A DNA stretch of 64,000 nt. Origin: an uncultured delta proteobacterium. Its GTDB lineage: Bacteria; Desulfobacterota; Binatia; UBA9968. Shown here piece by piece: positions 61,291 through 64,000 of this stretch; within the stretch, counting starts at the first letter, position 1; every line of letters begins with the position of its first letter. Below the pieces are notes generated by a model. The model saw only the letters and a list, made by a program, of their open reading frames with translations, was not told the DNA's origin and did not search any database. Position numbers and translations under genes: made by a program. The stretch covers positions 1-64,000 of the forward strand of contig CAVXEP010000004.1 of the NCBI GenBank assembly GCA_963760795.1, read 5' to 3'.

Positions 61291-62242
61291 ATGTGGATCA
61301 AACTATCGATTCTCACACTCGTCCTGCTAGGTTACACCGACGCCGGCGTTTAGCCAATTGAAAAAGGTTCGCTTCTCGGTGGCGGCGCCGTCCATCGCTG
61401 AGATGCCGTTCCGCATCGCCCAGACCAAAGGCTTCTATCGCGACGAAGGACTCGATGTCGAGGTGATCTTCATTCGCGGCGCGGTGGGCATGCAGGCATT
61501 GCTCGGCGGTTCGGTGGATTTCACATCCGCTTCGGGCTCGACCATCGCCGCGGCGGTGCGCGGCATACCGGTCAAGCTGGTATTCACGGCGTCAGCCAAA
61601 CCGCAATTCGACATGGTCGCGCTGAAAGATATTCGCTCCATCGCCGACTTGAAAGGCAAATACGTCGGCATCTCGTCGCGCGGCGGCGCCATCGATCTGT
61701 TGACGCAATTGATGGTGCAAAAGCATGGCTTGGTGCCGAATAAAGATGTCACCAGCCTGGTCATCGGCGGCCAGGAAGACACTGTGCTGGCGCTGCGCAC
61801 CGGCCGCATCGCCGCGGCATTGTTGACGCCGCCGCGCCCGCTCATGTTGGCACGTGAAGGCTTCAACCGCATCGGCTACTCCGGCGACTACATGCCCACC
61901 TACCCGAGCGGCGGCATCGGCGTCACCGACGACACCATCAAGAACAAGCCCAATGAGCTGTACGCCTTCGTCAAAGGCAGCGTGCGCGGTTTGCAGTTTG
62001 CCCGCCAAAACCGCGCCGAGGGGAAAAAGATTCTAACCGACTACTTCGCCATCAAAGACCCGGCGCTCGCCGATCAGTTTTTCGAACTGTACCTGAGCCG
62101 CCTGCCGGTGAACGGTTCGGCCGACGAGGCCTGGATGAAGGGCGCCATCGAATTTACCCAGAAGAGCTTGGGCGACGCCGCCAAGGAGGCGGCGCCGCAT
62201 CAGGTTTTCGATTTTAGTTTCGTCAACAAAGCAGCTAGGTAG
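61291..62242 (+). CDS. NMT1/THI5-like SBP, frameshift near 61350 in the signal peptide
   Basis: MWIKLSILTLVLLG.. joins AFSQLKKVRFS; DIRSIADLKGK, VFDFSFV. Confidence 0.8.
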
Positions 62243-62362
62243 GCAAGTTAAGCGGGCGGGTTTGAAACTCGCCCCTACGAATCCCAATTCCTTTTTGCGC
62301 CCTTTGCGTTCTTTGCGGCCATTCTTCTTTCCACTTGCGGCTCCGCTGCGCTCGCATCGCTG

Positions 62363-63985
62363 CTAATGCAGGATCTGCTTGAAAAAGTCGTTGCCCTTAT
62401 CGTCGACTAAGATAAACGCCGGGAAGTCTTCCACTTCGATCTTGTAGACCGCTTCCATGCCGAGCTCGGGATACTCCAGCAACTCGACCTTCTTGATGTT
62501 CTCCTTGGCCAGGATCGCCGCCGGGCCGCCGATGGAGCCCAAATAAAATCCGCCATACTTCTTGCACGCGTCGGTGACCTGCTGGCTGCGGTTGCCTTTG
62601 GCGAGGGTGATCAGCGCCGCGCCGTTGGCCTGGAACAATTCAACGTAGGAATCCATGCGCCCGGCGGTGGTTGGGCCGAAGGAACCGGACGGCAAACCCG
62701 CCGGGGTCTTCGCCGGGCCGGCGTAGTAGATCGGATGATCTTTCAAATACTGCGGCAGCCCTTCGCCCTTGTCCAAACGTTCTTTCAGTTTGGCGTGGGC
62801 GATATCGCGGGCGACGATCATCGTGCCGTTCAGCGACAGTTGGGTGGTGACGGGATATTTCGACAGTTGCGCGATGATTTCTGGCATCGGCCGGTTGAGA
62901 TCGACCTTGACGACGTTGGCGACAAACTTGCCGCGATACTCTTCGGGAATCAGACGACCCGGCTCCTTTTCCAACTCCTCGAGCCAGATGCCATCCTTGT
63001 TGATCTTGGCTTTGACATTGCGGTCGGCGGAGCAGGACACGCCCATCCCCACCGGGCAGGACGCGCCATGGCGCGGCAAACGAATCACGCGCAAGTCGAG
63101 AGCAAAATATTTTCCACCGAACTGCGCGCCGTAGCCGGACTTGTACGCCTGCTGCAGCATGCGATCTTCGAACTCGGTATCGCGAAAGGCACGCCCATGG
63201 GCGTTGCCGGTGGTCGGCAGATGATCGAGATATCCGGTGGACGCCAGCTTGACGGTCTTCAAACAAGCTTCGGCCGAAGTGCCGCCGATGACGAAAACCA
63301 AATGATACGGCGGGCAGCCGGCAGTGCCCAAGGTCTGCATTTTTTCAGTGAGAAACTTCTCCAGGCTCGCCGGATTGAGCAGTGCTTTGGTCTCTTGATA
63401 CAGCATGGTCTTATTCGCCGAGCCGCCGCCCTTGGTGACGAAGAGAAAATTATACTCCATGCCGTCGGTGGCCATGAGATCGATTTGCGCCGGCAAGTTA
63501 GTGCCGGTGTCGACCTCATCCCACATATTGAGCGGCGCCGTCTGCGAGTAACGGAGATTCTCTTCGGTGTAGGTTTTATAAATCCCCTTGGCGATGTGCT
63601 CTTCGTCTTTCACGCCGGTCCACACCTGCTGGCCTTTTTTGCCGACGACAGTGGCCGTGCCGGTATCCTGGCAAAACGGCAGGATGCCCTTGGACGAAGT
63701 GTCGGCGTTGCGCAGCATCGCCAGCGCGACATAGCGGTCGTTTTGCGAGGCATCGGGATCTTTCAGGATCGCCGCGACTTTTTCCAGGTGCGCCGTGCGC
63801 AAGAGGAACGACACATCGCGGATCGCCACGTTGGCGAGATGGGTCAGCCCTTCGGGCGCGACTTTGAGAATATCCTTGCCCTCGAACTGGGTCACCGAGA
63901 CATGCTCTTTGGTGAGCAGACGGTATTTGGTGGTGTCTTTCCCCAGCGGCAACGGATCTTGGTACACGAATTCAGGAGTGGCCAT
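62363..63985 (-). CDS. fumA: Class I (Fe-S) fumarate hydratase, FumA/FumB family
   Basis: [63 protein letters not shown]. Confidence 0.9.
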   Translation of the reverse strand: MATPEFVYQDPLPLGKDTTKYRLLTKEHVSVTQFEGKDILKVAPEGLTHLANVAIRDVSFLLRTAHLEKVAAILKDPDASQNDRYVALAMLRNADTSSKGILPFCQDTGTATVVGKKGQQVWTGVKDEEHIAKGIYKTYTEENLRYSQTAPLNMWDEVDTGTNLPAQIDLMATDGMEYNFLFVTKGGGSANKTMLYQETKALLNPASLEKFLTEKMQTLGTAGCPPYHLVFVIGGTSAEACLKTVKLASTGYLDHLPTTGNAHGRAFRDTEFEDRMLQQAYKSGYGAQFGGKYFALDLRVIRLPRHGASCPVGMGVSCSADRNVKAKINKDGIWLEELEKEPGRLIPEEYRGKFVANVVKVDLNRPMPEIIAQLSKYPVTTQLSLNGTMIVARDIAHAKLKERLDKGEGLPQYLKDHPIYYAGPAKTPAGLPSGSFGPTTAGRMDSYVELFQANGAALITLAKGNRSQQVTDACKKYGGFYLGSIGGPAAILAKENIKKVELLEYPELGMEAVYKIEVEDFPAFILVDDKGNDFFKQILH

Positions 63986-64000
63986 GACGTTTTCTACCTC

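Larger units (their letters stand above)
61105..62330. mobile_element. Candidate non-autonomous element: ~77-bp terminal inverted repeats enclosing an SBP gene
   Basis: 61105-61180 versus the reverse complement of 62254-62330: about 68/77 matches by manual alignment, outer 31 nt identical. Confidence 0.6.

Overview
GC-rich bacterial chromosomal window; the gene content and repeat style suggest a Binatota/Deltaproteobacteria-like genome, which is inference only. About 26 periplasmic substrate-binding protein (SBP) genes dominate it: 14 NMT1/THI5/SsuA-like, 8 ABC_sub_bind plus one 3' remnant, 3 AfuA/thiamine-like and 1 TctC/Bug. No importer permease or ATPase is present; the only complete ABC system is a MacAB-type exporter. 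Interspersed catabolic genes include three atypical crotonase paralogs, an ADP-forming acyl-CoA ligase, a ThDP enzyme, amidohydrolases, a class III CoA-transferase pair, an AcuI-like reductase, prpC-prpD-prpB, hydantoinase/oxoprolinase A/B and a class I fumarase. An MNT-HEPN pair has an in-frame stop in HEPN. Most intergenic gaps hold short palindromic or tandem-repeat elements from about ten families, several of them nested. The most notable signals are: (i) an ABC_sub_bind array headed by a sigma54-like promoter and an orphan copy of the conserved 3' end, resembling a cassette array; (ii) shuffled repeat-leader/signal-peptide modules and patchy hypervariability among these SBPs; (iii) an SBP gene with its own promoter enclosed by ~77-bp inverted repeats. 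Many single-base frameshifts probably reflect consensus errors, so pseudogene calls are tentative. No rRNA, tRNA, CRISPR, transposase or integrase was seen.
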